Shown: positions 8,701-17,773, numbered from the stretch's first letter. The stretch is 31,838 nt of DNA from Bradymonadaceae bacterium (GCA_042218355.1 JBDGRG010000057.1:6283-38120), one strand, 5' to 3'. Numbers and translations: made by a program. Notes: generated by a model not told the origin, from the letters alone.

Positions 8701-11700
8701 TCAGCTCGCCCCGCTCGCCGCTGACCACGATGTCGACCTCGAACTCGCCCTCGCCGACGTCGGTCTCCCCGGCGACCATCGCCTCCCCGTGCAGCCGGCC
8801 GGCCGGCGGACGATGGAGGCGAATGCCCTCGAGCCGGGAGGGGAGGAACAGCCGGCCGGCGGCCTCGCCGCCGGCCCGTTCGAGCAACAACGAGCCGACC
8901 AGCTGGAACCAGCCGTCGAGCACCGCGGGGTGGACCTCGTAGCGGGGTAACTCCCCTTCGATCGACGAGGGGATCCGCAGGTCGGCATCCGCCCGCGCCC
9001 CGTCGATCCGTACCGACTCGACTGCCCGAAACGAGGGCCCGTTCTCCAACCCCTGCCCGGCGAGCTCCCGGTAGTGCTCCTCGCCGGTCTGAACAGCCGC
9101 CCGCGACGCGTCGATCTCACCGGCGGCCTCGAGCCGTTCGACGACCGCTCCGGCCTCGCCCTCGTCGGCGGCGACGGTCGCGGTGAAATGCAACTCGGTC
9201 TCCATCTCCGCAGTCGGTGATTCGTCCCCGCTGACACTGTAGACCTCCGCTCGATATCGACCGTCGGCGACCCGCTCCATCGCGACCTGCATCCGGACGT
9301 CCCCTGACTCGGGGACGAGCAGAATCTGCTCGAACGTCGCAGCCGAGACGCGGACGTCCTCCGTCTCGAGCAGACGCCGACCCGCGGCGAGCACCATCTC
9401 GGTGTACCCGGCGCCGGGAAACACCGCGCTGCCCCGCAGGCGATGATCCCCCAGATACGCGAAGGTCGCCAGGTCGACGGTCACCTCCCAGATGGTCAGT
9501 CGGTCCTCGGGGCCGACCGCGAATCGCCGCTCGAGCAGCGGGTGCGCGTCGCTGTCGAGGCCCTCGTCCGCCGATCGCCGGCGCACCCGGGTCGATCCCC
9601 CCTCCTCTCGACGATCGTCGAACCAGTACTCGTCGCCGTCGAAGGCATAGGGAGGCGTCGAGATCGTCCGGCCCTGTGGGTAGACGAAGGACCAGTCGAC
9701 CCGGCAGCCCCGCTCGAAGACGGTGCCCAGCGAATCGGCGAAGACGCGATCGGCCTCCTCGTCGCGGCAGAGGCTCGGGACGACCGCCGCGTCGATGCCG
9801 GCGCTGAGGGCGGTCTGTCGAAGCGGCTGTTCGAGGGTCGGATGCGGGCCGATCTCGACGAAGACCTCCGCCCCCCGAGAGAGCAGTGTCTCGGAGGCAG
9901 ACTGGAACTCGACGGGGTGACTGAGGTGCCGGGCCCAGTAGCTCGCGTCGAAGGTCGGCCCGGCCGTCGTCTCGCCCGTCACCGTCGAGACGACCGGCAC
10001 CTCCGATGCCTGCGGGGAAATCGCCGACAGATCGTCTCGCAGGTCGTCGACCAGATCGTCGACTTGATAGCTGTGCGAGGCGACGTCGACCTCGATGGGG
10101 CGGACGAACACCCCGGCCCCCTCGAAGTGCTCGAGTACCGCGTCGACGGCCCCGGGCCGACCGGAGACGACGGTCGACGAGGGACTGTAGCGGACAGCGA
10201 CCGAGACGCCGTCGGGCATCTCCTCGATCGCCTCCTCGACATCGGCCGGTGCCGCTCCGACGAATCCCATCGCCCCCTCGCCGGCGATCGAGGCCAGATG
10301 GCGGCTGCGAGCGACGACGACCCGTGCGGCATCCTCGACCGAGAGCACGCCGGCGACGTGTGCGGCAGCGACCTCGCCCACACTGTGCCCCGCCACGGCC
10401 GTCGGCTCGACCCCGGCCTCGCGCCAGCAGGCGGCCAGTGCGACCTGGACGGCGAACAGCGCGGGCTGGATGCGAGCGATGCCGTCCAAGGCACGCTCGC
10501 TCTCGAGCCAGTCGCGAACCGACCAGCCGGCGAGCTCCTCGACCGCCGCATCGCAGCGCTCGAGTGCCCGGCGAAACGTCGCCGACCGGGCCAGCCAGGC
10601 CCGGCCCATCCCCGCCCATTGCCCCCCCTGACCCGAGAAGACGTACACCGCGCCCTCCCGGGGAGAGGATTCGGACAGCGCCGCCCCGGCCTCGAGACTC
10701 CGATCGAGCTCGGCGGCGAGTTCGTCGGGGGTCCGCCCCGCCGCCGCCGTCCGGTGGCTTCGGTGCGTCCGCCGACGAGCGGCGGTGTAGCAGAGATCTC
10801 GCAGACACCCGTCCCATCGCCCGGCGGCCAGACCGTCGCGATACGACTCGATCAGGGTCTCCGCCGCGTCCGCGGTGTGCGCCGAGATCGGCAGCACGTG
10901 ATACTCGCCCCTGACACCCCGGTCGGCCGGCACCTTGCCGTGGTCCGTCGGCCCCGACCATCCCCGGAGGACGGCGTGCGCGTTGCTCCCCGAGATGCCG
11001 AACGAGCTGACCGCTCCCACCGGTTCTTCCCCCTCGATCGTCCGGCCCTCGGTCGGGATCTCGAGGTCCAGCTCGTCCCAGTCGATGTCGGGATTCGGCT
11101 CCTCGAGGTTCAGCGACGGAGGCACGCGCCCCCGGTCGACGATCAGGGCGACCTTGATCAGCCCGGCGACACCCGCCGCCCCTTCGGTGTGCCCGACGTT
11201 GGTCTTCACCGATCCGATCAGAAGCGGATCCTCGCGCTCCGCACCCAGCAGTGCGTCCGCCACCGCCCCGATCTCGGCGGGATCCCCGGCGGAGGTCCCC
11301 GTCCCGTGCGCCTCGACGTAGTCGACCGCGGCGGGGTCCGGGCCTCGACCCTCGTAGACATCCTCGAGCAGACGGCGCTGACCGATGCGACTCGGCGTCA
11401 GGAAAAACCCCTTGCCGCTGCGTCCGTCGTTGTTCGCACCGGTCGCGTGAATCACCGCGTAGACGTGCGAACGGCGCTCGCGGGCGACCTCCAGCGGCTC
11501 GAGGACCACCGCGCCGAACCCCTCGCTTCGGACGAATCCATCGACCGACGCGTCCCCGAATTTACACCGGCCGTCCGCCGCCAGCATGCCCGTACTCGAG
11601 AAGGCGATGCTCGGCTCGGGCCGGAGGATGGCGTTGGCCCCCGCGGCGATCGCCCGCTCGGAGTCCCCCCGGCGGATGCTCTCGCAGGCCAGGTGCGTGG

Positions 11701-12250
11701 CGTAGAGCGACGAGGAACAGGCGGTGTCGAGCGTCAGACTCGGTCCGTTCAATCCGAAGACGTGCGAGATGCGCCCCGAGCAGGCCGCCCGCGCCCCCCC
11801 CGACTCCGAGTAGACGTCGACCGCTCCGCCGCCGTAGTGCATCAGATTGCGGTACTCGTTGGCGATCGAGCCGACGAAGGCGCCGGTCTTCGTCCCCTCG
11901 AGGCCCTCCGCCGGGAACCCGGCGTCCTCGACCGCCCGCCAGGCGACCTCCAGCAGCTTGCGGTGCTGGGGGTCCATCGACGCCGCCTCGCGGCCGGAGA
12001 TGCCGAACAGTGACGCGTCGAATTCTCGAAGCCCCTCGACGAATCCCCCGCGCCGGGTGACGATCCGACCGGGGGTCTCGGGCCGCGGATCGTAGTAACG
12101 CTCGACATCGAAGCGCTCTTCGGGGACTTCTCGGAGGGCCTCTCGGCCGGCGGTCATGAGATCCCAGAACGCCTCCAAGTCGTCGGCCTCCGGAAACTGA
12201 CAACCGATCCCCGTGATGGCGATGGGTTCGGGGGTGCGATCCGTGGGCAT
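5774..12250 (-). CDS. Single-module type I polyketide synthase, KS-AT-DH-ER-KR-ACP (Mas-like architecture)
   Basis: KS DTACSSS, EAHGTGT, NVGHTEGAAG; AT GHSVG, VDVASHS; DH YLGDHRLRGSAVFP, HPAVLD; ER LVHSASGGVG; KR ITGGTGGLG, SSAAGLLGSPGQANYAAA; ACP MGLDSL. 2158 aa with no loading or thioesterase domain recognised. Confidence 0.96.
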   Translation of the reverse strand: MPTDRTPEPIAITGIGCQFPEADDLEAFWDLMTAGREALREVPEERFDVERYYDPRPETPGRIVTRRGGFVEGLREFDASLFGISGREAASMDPQHRKLLEVAWRAVEDAGFPAEGLEGTKTGAFVGSIANEYRNLMHYGGGAVDVYSESGGARAACSGRISHVFGLNGPSLTLDTACSSSLYATHLACESIRRGDSERAIAAGANAILRPEPSIAFSSTGMLAADGRCKFGDASVDGFVRSEGFGAVVLEPLEVARERRSHVYAVIHATGANNDGRSGKGFFLTPSRIGQRRLLEDVYEGRGPDPAAVDYVEAHGTGTSAGDPAEIGAVADALLGAEREDPLLIGSVKTNVGHTEGAAGVAGLIKVALIVDRGRVPPSLNLEEPNPDIDWDELDLEIPTEGRTIEGEEPVGAVSSFGISGSNAHAVLRGWSGPTDHGKVPADRGVRGEYHVLPISAHTADAAETLIESYRDGLAAGRWDGCLRDLCYTAARRRTHRSHRTAAAGRTPDELAAELDRSLEAGAALSESSPREGAVYVFSGQGGQWAGMGRAWLARSATFRRALERCDAAVEELAGWSVRDWLESERALDGIARIQPALFAVQVALAACWREAGVEPTAVAGHSVGEVAAAHVAGVLSVEDAARVVVARSRHLASIAGEGAMGFVGAAPADVEEAIEEMPDGVSVAVRYSPSSTVVSGRPGAVDAVLEHFEGAGVFVRPIEVDVASHSYQVDDLVDDLRDDLSAISPQASEVPVVSTVTGETTAGPTFDASYWARHLSHPVEFQSASETLLSRGAEVFVEIGPHPTLEQPLRQTALSAGIDAAVVPSLCRDEEADRVFADSLGTVFERGCRVDWSFVYPQGRTISTPPYAFDGDEYWFDDRREEGGSTRVRRRSADEGLDSDAHPLLERRFAVGPEDRLTIWEVTVDLATFAYLGDHRLRGSAVFPGAGYTEMVLAAGRRLLETEDVRVSAATFEQILLVPESGDVRMQVAMERVADGRYRAEVYSVSGDESPTAEMETELHFTATVAADEGEAGAVVERLEAAGEIDASRAAVQTGEEHYRELAGQGLENGPSFRAVESVRIDGARADADLRIPSSIEGELPRYEVHPAVLDGWFQLVGSLLLERAGGEAAGRLFLPSRLEGIRLHRPPAGRLHGEAMVAGETDVGEGEFEVDIVVSGERGELIAEIEGLRVRRVEGQEESEGVRELFYETAWRRVRALDEDVSAVLEGTWIVLDDRDGIAGRLVERLEALGADCVRIGPGDEPSRLGASRSSAESVGARAAPIDPPPGADGGPPVEGVVYARSCDWGSDLADHSFERVVDEAVEVVELARRLKSDEVSGPTRLWALTTGRRASTAGTVECPEGGGAGSGAIEGLMRVLRNEAPALEPTTIDLSEPPPARELDATVREFVARTAESEVAVRGGDRYALRLGRFGLAAADRRMAAETIDTGEAFALERSRSGGLEEIGLRPAERRRPQATEVELDVRAAGVNFADVVSAIGALEETDTGIGRLGYGCTGRVVRVGEAVDRFEPGDRAVAIGPTARCFGGYATLDARLAASIPGDQSFVEAATIPTAFLTAWYALVVEGRLGEGETVLVHSASGGVGHAALQIVRAFGAEAVATAGTERKREYLEESFDLIGVSDSRSRAFVDDVREWTGGEGVDLVLNSLTDELMTAGLELLGPFGRFLDLTKSAMFEEGTLDLDRFDRNVAYVGIELTRVAAHGPDLVASMWDEMAPLFEQGVGGLSALPVDRRFPVDEVGRAFRYMSRGEHIGKIVVETDVGEVDVERPMDPDDLFDGAGAYLITGGTGGLGLEVADWMVDRGAGRLVLMSRSGADPEDEDRLEAFRRRGSEVEVVRGDVTDRDDVERAYDVARRGGFELCGVFHLAAVLADATIDNQTRETFQRAMGPKSAGALQLHRTLEAREESVDHFVLFSSAAGLLGSPGQANYAAASTYLDALAVRRRAAGRPAVSIDWGNWAEVGLAASREERGERLESRGLERIGPSEGIDALERALLHETPPQIGIFRADWGRWAEANPGMSSAPMVTHLLPDADEGEGGADRGQWRERIASASEGERDEAILEFVREQVGDVLGVAPSKLSLEKSLPRMGLDSLTIVELRVRLEQTLDVELSDAMIRDADDLRALSRELASISNAGG

Positions 12251-12320
12251 GACCGTAGTCTCGAGGGGACGTCACCTTGACCGACCGGCGCGAACCGGTC
12301 CGCGTCGACTCTCCAGCAAC

Positions 12321-15300
12321 TCAGTCGGACGGCGCCGCCCGATGGGCACCGTCGTCGCCGCTCTCCCACCCCTCCAACTCGAATCGTTCGCACAGTCGTT
12401 CGACCTGATGAGATCGCCCCAGTTCGGCGCCGATCTCGCAGGCCTGCCGCGCGGCCCGCGCCGCCACGGAGTCCTCGCCGAGCTCCTCGAAGAGAAGCGC
12501 ACGCTGCCGGACGGCTTCGAATGTCGCCCAGGGTACGTCCTCGTCCCGGGCGATCGACTCGGCCCGCCGCAGTTTTTGCCGCGCCGATGCGGTCTGACCG
12601 CGCAGGCGAGCTCGCCCCCCCTCGGCGGCGCGAAGATGACAGGTCAGCGCCGGGATCGAGGCGGCGTCGGCCAGCTGTTCGACCGCCGCATCGAGCTCCT
12701 CCATCGGACGAGTCGCCCCGTGCTCGTCCGGGTTCGATGCGATCTCGAGCCGAGCATAGGCCTGGTAGAGGTAAAAGTACTTGGAGTGGTGGACGCTGTC
12801 CTCCGGAGCGACCCCGAAGTCGTCGTGCCGCCGAATCGCCCGTTCGAAGGCCGGCCCGAAATCCCGCCGCTGGAGGTGATAATTGACTACGAACCCCCAG
12901 ACCTCCTCCCAGGGCAACGCTCGGTCTGTGGAGATTTCACCCTCGAGTCGTCGTACCTCCTCGAGCCGGTGTTCGGCCTCCTCGAACCGTCCCAACGAGG
13001 CGAGTGACGAGATGCCGGTCGCAAGAAACAGCGCCCGGTAGACCCGCCAGAACGGCGCGTCCTTCGAATCGAGCCGCTCGAGCGCCCGCTCGACCAACGG
13101 GAGATTCCGTCCGTCGTACCCCCGGAACGAATAGGTCGTCGTCAAGTCCAGACAGAATAGCAAGTACGACGAGGTGTCCAGCCACTCCGGTTCGTCCTCG
13201 AGCAGCGGCCGGGAGATCTCCTCGGCCTCGCGCAGGGCACCGCACGCACTCTTGGCCCCGCTGAACATCTGTTTGGCTTTGGCGACCGACTGCGGACCGC
13301 CGTGGGCCTCGGCCGCCTCGAGCGCCGGATGTCCGTACCGGTCGACCCCCTCCTCCCAGCCGAGCATGCCCATCGTCGTCGCGTAAGTAATGAACCCCGT
13401 ACTGTAGGCGGCCGACGGGCCCAGGTAGTGGGCCGGACGGACGGTGCAGACCGCGGACTGCAGGGCGAACAGCCGGTTCCGCTGGAAGTAACCGACGTGA
13501 AACCCGACGTCGAACAGTTGAACCAGCGTCTTCTGACGAGCGCGCTCGCGGCCTTCGACGCTCCCCTCTCGCACGCCGGTCCAAACCAGTACCATCCCCA
13601 CCAGCCAGTGCCACAGCAGCAACACGACCGCCCCCACTCGCGTATCCGCGGTGTCGGTAGGCAGCTCGAAGTCCAGCTCGCGAAAGGCCCGGGATGCCTC
13701 CTCGCGGGCGCGGTCGCCGTGCAGGCCGTAAGCCAGCGCTCGCGCGATCTCCGTGCGGAACCGGGCCCGCTGGACCGGGTCGTCGCTCAGTTCAACGGCC
13801 CGTCGATAGTACTCGACGGTCTCGTCGAGCCGGCTCGTCTCGAAGGCGACCCGCCCGACCAGCCGGAAGTAGTCGAGCGCGCGACGTCCCTCGATCTCGC
13901 CCACGACCTCGTCCGGCGCCCCGAGAAACTCGTGGGCCCGCTCGAACGCATAGTCCTCGGCTGCGACCTCGGCGGCTGCCAGACGCGCCTCGAAGACCCG
14001 TTCGTCGTCCGCCGCCGAGACGTCCGCGCCGAGATAGTGATGGGCCCGCCGGTAGACGTCGGTCTCGTCCAGCGGGGCCTGGCTGTCGAGATAGCGGGCG
14101 ACCCGCAGATGAAGCTCCGCGAGCTCACCCCGCTGCCGGAGCATCGACCGGAGGGCGTCGCGGATTCGGTCGTGAGGAAAGCCGTATCGGCCGTCCCGCC
14201 GCGTCCGCTCGAGCAGATGGGCGGCAACGGCCCGTCCGACCGCGCGGTTGACGTCCTCGGGACTCGACGACGGGGTCAGCTCGCGGATCACGTCCAGATC
14301 GAACTCGTCCCCGACGACGGCGGCGGTCTTCAGCACCGACTGCGTCATCTCGTCGAGCGCCTCGACCCGGCGCATGAACGAGTCGAGGACGTCCGAGGGC
14401 GTCTCCGAGGCCTCCAGCGCCTCGTCGGCGACTCGCCAGGTGCCCCATTCCGGTGCCAGCACACCGGCGTCCTTCAGCGCCCAGAGATCCTGCTCGACGA
14501 ACAGGGGATTGCCGCCACTCCGAATCGCCAGCTGCTCGACCAACCCCGACTGCTCGACATCGTCGCCCAGCTCCTCGCGGACGAACCGCTCGAGATCGCT
14601 CTTTCGGAACGATTCGACCTCGATCGGCGTGCGATCGACGCCCTCGGTCCGGCGGCGGAACTCCGCCAGCGCCTCCGCCGACGCCGGATCGGTGCGCGAG
14701 GCGGTGACGACGAGCATCGGTCGGTCGGCCAGCCCCTCGGCCAGCACCTCGAGGACGTCGAGACTCCCCCGGTCCAGCCACTGGATGTCGTCGATCCAGA
14801 GCACCAGCCCGCCCATCCGCTCCGACAGATTCCACAGGAGCGAGGCGAGGGCGTTGCAGACGACGTCGTCCGCATCGCGCTGGATCAACAAGTCGTCGTC
14901 GGCGTCGACCACCTCCGCGATGCGGGGGGACACCTTCCGGAGCACACCCCCGAGCCGACCGGCGGCCTCGTCGAAGGCCCCGAGGGCGCGGTCGGCCGCC
15001 GCGTCGTCGCGCTGCTCGAGCCCCTCCAGCCAGGCCTCGATCGCATCTCGAAACGGCGCGAACGGGTAGGTCGCCCCCTGGTCGGACCGCCCGACCATGG
15101 CGACCGGTACCTCCCCCCCGTGCTCGTCGAACCATTCCTCGACCAGACGCGTCTTCCCGCTGCCCGGCGGCCCCTGTACGACGACGAGCTCGCCCTCGCC
15201 CTCACGGGTCCGGGCCCATGCCCGCCGGAGCCGTTCGAATTCGGCCTCGCGGCCGACGAAGACGGTATCGAAGTTCCGATCGGTTGAATCCTGGGAGGTA

Positions 15301-16169
15301 CCGAGGTCGAGCACGTCGGTCTCCCCCGACGCCCCGGCGGCCTGAATCCCGTTCAGATCGGCCTCGACCTGCCGCGCGAACTGGTATCGCTCGGCCGGAT
15401 CGGCGGCCACGAGATGGCGGATCACGACGTCGAGTTCCGGGGAGGCTCGCGACGACAGTCGTCTCGGCCGCGCGGACGCCGGCGAATCGATCTCGTCGTC
15501 GCGCTCGTCGACCGGCGGCTGCCCGTTGATCAGCTCGAACAGCAATACGCCCAGTGCGTAGAGATCGGCTCGACTGTCGATCGCCCGATCGTTCTCCGCG
15601 ATCTGCTCGGGAGCCGTGTAGGCGTCCGCCCGGTCGGCGGGGACCGGTGAGCGCCGATCCTCGGCGGAGACCGCCAGGCCGCACTCGACGAGTTTGATCT
15701 CGCCACTCTCCGACATCAGCACCCGGCCGGGATCGAGCCGACCGTGGATGCGCCCCTGTTCGTGCAACTCCGACAATGCTCCCGCGACCGCCCCGCCGAC
15801 GACCAGCGCCATCTGCTCGCCCATCGGGCCGTCGTCCAGCGCCTCGGAGAGCGGGCGTCCGTCCACCCACTCGCGGATCAGAAAGGGATATCCCGCATCG
15901 AGACCGACGTCGAAACTGGTCGGAATCAACGGGTGCTCGATGCTCGCACGGAGCGCCGCCTCGCGGCGGAACGTCCGGAGGGCCTCGTCGTTGTGCGCCG
16001 GACTGCCGACGTAGAGTTGCACCGTGTACTCGTAGCCCTCGCGGGTGCCGCGGTAGAGCGCACGCTCCCCGTCGAGTGCGACGCGGTCGCGAAGGACGAC
16101 GCCCTCGATCTCGGCTGGCTCCCGCCTGTCCGACATGCCGAACTCGCGGTCGATCATTCGGTGATCCAC
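12321..16169 (-). CDS. Protein-kinase-like domain (degenerate) + AAA/STAND-type P-loop NTPase + helical/TPR-like C-terminus
   Basis: Kinase-fold remnants IHGRLDPGRVL, IKLVECGLA, YTAPEQ, DSRADLYALGVLLFEL; then FVGREAE, GPPGSGKT, LWIDDIQWLD, SGGNPLFV, FPHDRIR. The start could be GTG 16169, ATG 16157 or ATG 16136. Confidence 0.88.
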   Translation of the reverse strand: MDHRMIDREFGMSDRREPAEIEGVVLRDRVALDGERALYRGTREGYEYTVQLYVGSPAHNDEALRTFRREAALRASIEHPLIPTSFDVGLDAGYPFLIREWVDGRPLSEALDDGPMGEQMALVVGGAVAGALSELHEQGRIHGRLDPGRVLMSESGEIKLVECGLAVSAEDRRSPVPADRADAYTAPEQIAENDRAIDSRADLYALGVLLFELINGQPPVDERDDEIDSPASARPRRLSSRASPELDVVIRHLVAADPAERYQFARQVEADLNGIQAAGASGETDVLDLGTSQDSTDRNFDTVFVGREAEFERLRRAWARTREGEGELVVVQGPPGSGKTRLVEEWFDEHGGEVPVAMVGRSDQGATYPFAPFRDAIEAWLEGLEQRDDAAADRALGAFDEAAGRLGGVLRKVSPRIAEVVDADDDLLIQRDADDVVCNALASLLWNLSERMGGLVLWIDDIQWLDRGSLDVLEVLAEGLADRPMLVVTASRTDPASAEALAEFRRRTEGVDRTPIEVESFRKSDLERFVREELGDDVEQSGLVEQLAIRSGGNPLFVEQDLWALKDAGVLAPEWGTWRVADEALEASETPSDVLDSFMRRVEALDEMTQSVLKTAAVVGDEFDLDVIRELTPSSSPEDVNRAVGRAVAAHLLERTRRDGRYGFPHDRIRDALRSMLRQRGELAELHLRVARYLDSQAPLDETDVYRRAHHYLGADVSAADDERVFEARLAAAEVAAEDYAFERAHEFLGAPDEVVGEIEGRRALDYFRLVGRVAFETSRLDETVEYYRRAVELSDDPVQRARFRTEIARALAYGLHGDRAREEASRAFRELDFELPTDTADTRVGAVVLLLWHWLVGMVLVWTGVREGSVEGRERARQKTLVQLFDVGFHVGYFQRNRLFALQSAVCTVRPAHYLGPSAAYSTGFITYATTMGMLGWEEGVDRYGHPALEAAEAHGGPQSVAKAKQMFSGAKSACGALREAEEISRPLLEDEPEWLDTSSYLLFCLDLTTTYSFRGYDGRNLPLVERALERLDSKDAPFWRVYRALFLATGISSLASLGRFEEAEHRLEEVRRLEGEISTDRALPWEEVWGFVVNYHLQRRDFGPAFERAIRRHDDFGVAPEDSVHHSKYFYLYQAYARLEIASNPDEHGATRPMEELDAAVEQLADAASIPALTCHLRAAEGGRARLRGQTASARQKLRRAESIARDEDVPWATFEAVRQRALLFEELGEDSVAARAARQACEIGAELGRSHQVERLCERFELEGWESGDDGAHRAAPSD

Positions 16170-16178
16170 TCTCCCGTG

Positions 16179-17573
16179 TCAGTCGGTGTGCGGCTCGTCG
16201 AACACGAGACCGTCTTCCAGAATCGCGGTGGCGGACTCGTCGTCGACGCCGCGGCAGAAATAGAAGCCCTGCACCAGATCGCATTCCAGGTCCGTCACCC
16301 GTTCGTACTCCGACCGAGTCTCCACCCCCTCGACGACGACCTCCATGTCGAGTTGGTCGCCGAAGGCGAGCAACGCCTCGACCAGCGACCGATCGCCGCC
16401 GTCGTCGCCCTGCAGAAACGTCCGGTCGAGCTTGATCCCGTCGACCGGCAGCCGCTGGAGACAGGCCATCGACGACTGCCCCACCCCGAAATCGTCGACC
16501 CAGATCCGCCCGCCCAGCTCGCCGATCTTCTCGACATTCGAGCAGACCGTCTCGGGCTCCTCGACCATGGCGGTCTCGGTCAGCTCGAATCGCAAGCGGT
16601 CCGGATCGACCGCCGTCGACTCGACGGTCTCCCGCACGACGTCGCCGAACTCGGGAATCACCAGCTCTCGGCGCGAGACGTTGACCGACAGAAACGGCCG
16701 GTCGTCCGGGTGCTGGTCGTCCCACCGGGCGAGCCGTCGACAGCTCTGGCGGAGCACCCACTGGTCGAGTTTGTCGATCGCCCCGCTGCGCTCGAGCACC
16801 GGGATGAACTCGCCCGCCGGCAGCAGCCCGCGTTCGGGATGATCCCAGCGGACCAGGCACTCGAAGCCCTCCACGCCGCCGTCCCCCGGCCGGACGATCG
16901 GTTGGAAGTGCAAGGTGAATTCGTCGTTCTCCAGCCCTCGCAGCACCTGACCGCCCAGCTCCAGCGCTTCGGTCAACCCCTCCTGTTCCTCGACCGAATA
17001 GAGTTCGATCGTCGGGCCCGACGAACGCATCGCCCGCGACAGCGCGAAGTCGGCATCGTCGAGCACCTGCTTGGGTTGTTCCCGTCGGCCGTCGCCGAAG
17101 ACCACACCCGCCGAGGCGTGAATGATGAACTCCTTGTCGTCGAACGCGATCGGCGCGCTCATCTCCGAGAGCAACGTCTCGGCTCGCGCGGCCGCTTCCT
17201 CGGGCCCGGAGACGCCGATCGACAGCACGGCGAACTCCTCCCGTCCAAACCGCACGGCCAGACACCCGTCGCCGCTGGACTCGGCCAGGCGCCGACAGAC
17301 GGCCCGCCCGAACGAGCCGTCCGCCTGGAAGCAGTTGTCGATCCAGCGAGCAAATTGAGAGTGGATGCGGATGACGGCGAAACCGTGCGAGCCGTCGGAC
17401 TCGGCCCGACGCAGCTCGGACTCGAGCCGGCGACAGAACGTCCGCCGGTCGCCCGTCTCCGCCCACTTCGTATCGACGGCCGGCCCGGAGACAACGCGGC
17501 GGTTCGACCGTCGATCCGACGAGGCGTTGCCCCGTCCGACACAGCTATCGGTCCCGGTCATTCGTTTCACCAT
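16179..17573 (-). CDS. GGDEF(degenerate)-EAL protein, likely c-di-GMP phosphodiesterase
   Basis: GGDEF site reads RFGREEF. EAL domain has FECLVRW, LSVNVS, FELTET, VDDFGVG, IKLDRTF, VVEGVET and QGFYF. Start placed at ATG 17573 because the track's upstream extension crosses a repeat region. Confidence 0.9.
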   Translation of the reverse strand: MVKRMTGTDSCVGRGNASSDRRSNRRVVSGPAVDTKWAETGDRRTFCRRLESELRRAESDGSHGFAVIRIHSQFARWIDNCFQADGSFGRAVCRRLAESSGDGCLAVRFGREEFAVLSIGVSGPEEAAARAETLLSEMSAPIAFDDKEFIIHASAGVVFGDGRREQPKQVLDDADFALSRAMRSSGPTIELYSVEEQEGLTEALELGGQVLRGLENDEFTLHFQPIVRPGDGGVEGFECLVRWDHPERGLLPAGEFIPVLERSGAIDKLDQWVLRQSCRRLARWDDQHPDDRPFLSVNVSRRELVIPEFGDVVRETVESTAVDPDRLRFELTETAMVEEPETVCSNVEKIGELGGRIWVDDFGVGQSSMACLQRLPVDGIKLDRTFLQGDDGGDRSLVEALLAFGDQLDMEVVVEGVETRSEYERVTDLECDLVQGFYFCRGVDDESATAILEDGLVFDEPHTD

Positions 17574-17773
17574 GGCAAGCCCAACCTCGTAGAAGCGGGA
17601 ATCAGTCACCCGGGCCGATCTATGAGCAAAAACCGCTCCACTCCGGTTCCCCGGGCCGAGATGTCGACCGGGACGAAAATCTTGTAATCCGAACCCAGAT
17701 CCGAACGCGGTTGTGGGATCGAGTACAAGACACGCGGCCGAATCGGCGTCGAACCGAGACCGACCGGCGACCT

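Noticed and set aside
6458-12013. Long plus-strand ORFs 6458..8950 and 9443..12013
   Set aside because: Antisense shadows of the PKS, expected in high-GC DNA with few stop codons; no recognisable motifs.
12321-16169. Assignment as an Avs/antiviral STAND defence gene
   Set aside because: No recognisable active effector (the kinase motifs are degenerate) and no other defence genes nearby. A regulatory role is at least as plausible.
13302-17687. Plus-strand ORFs 13302..15287 and 15744..17687
   Set aside because: Antisense shadows of the kinase-ATPase and GGDEF-EAL genes.
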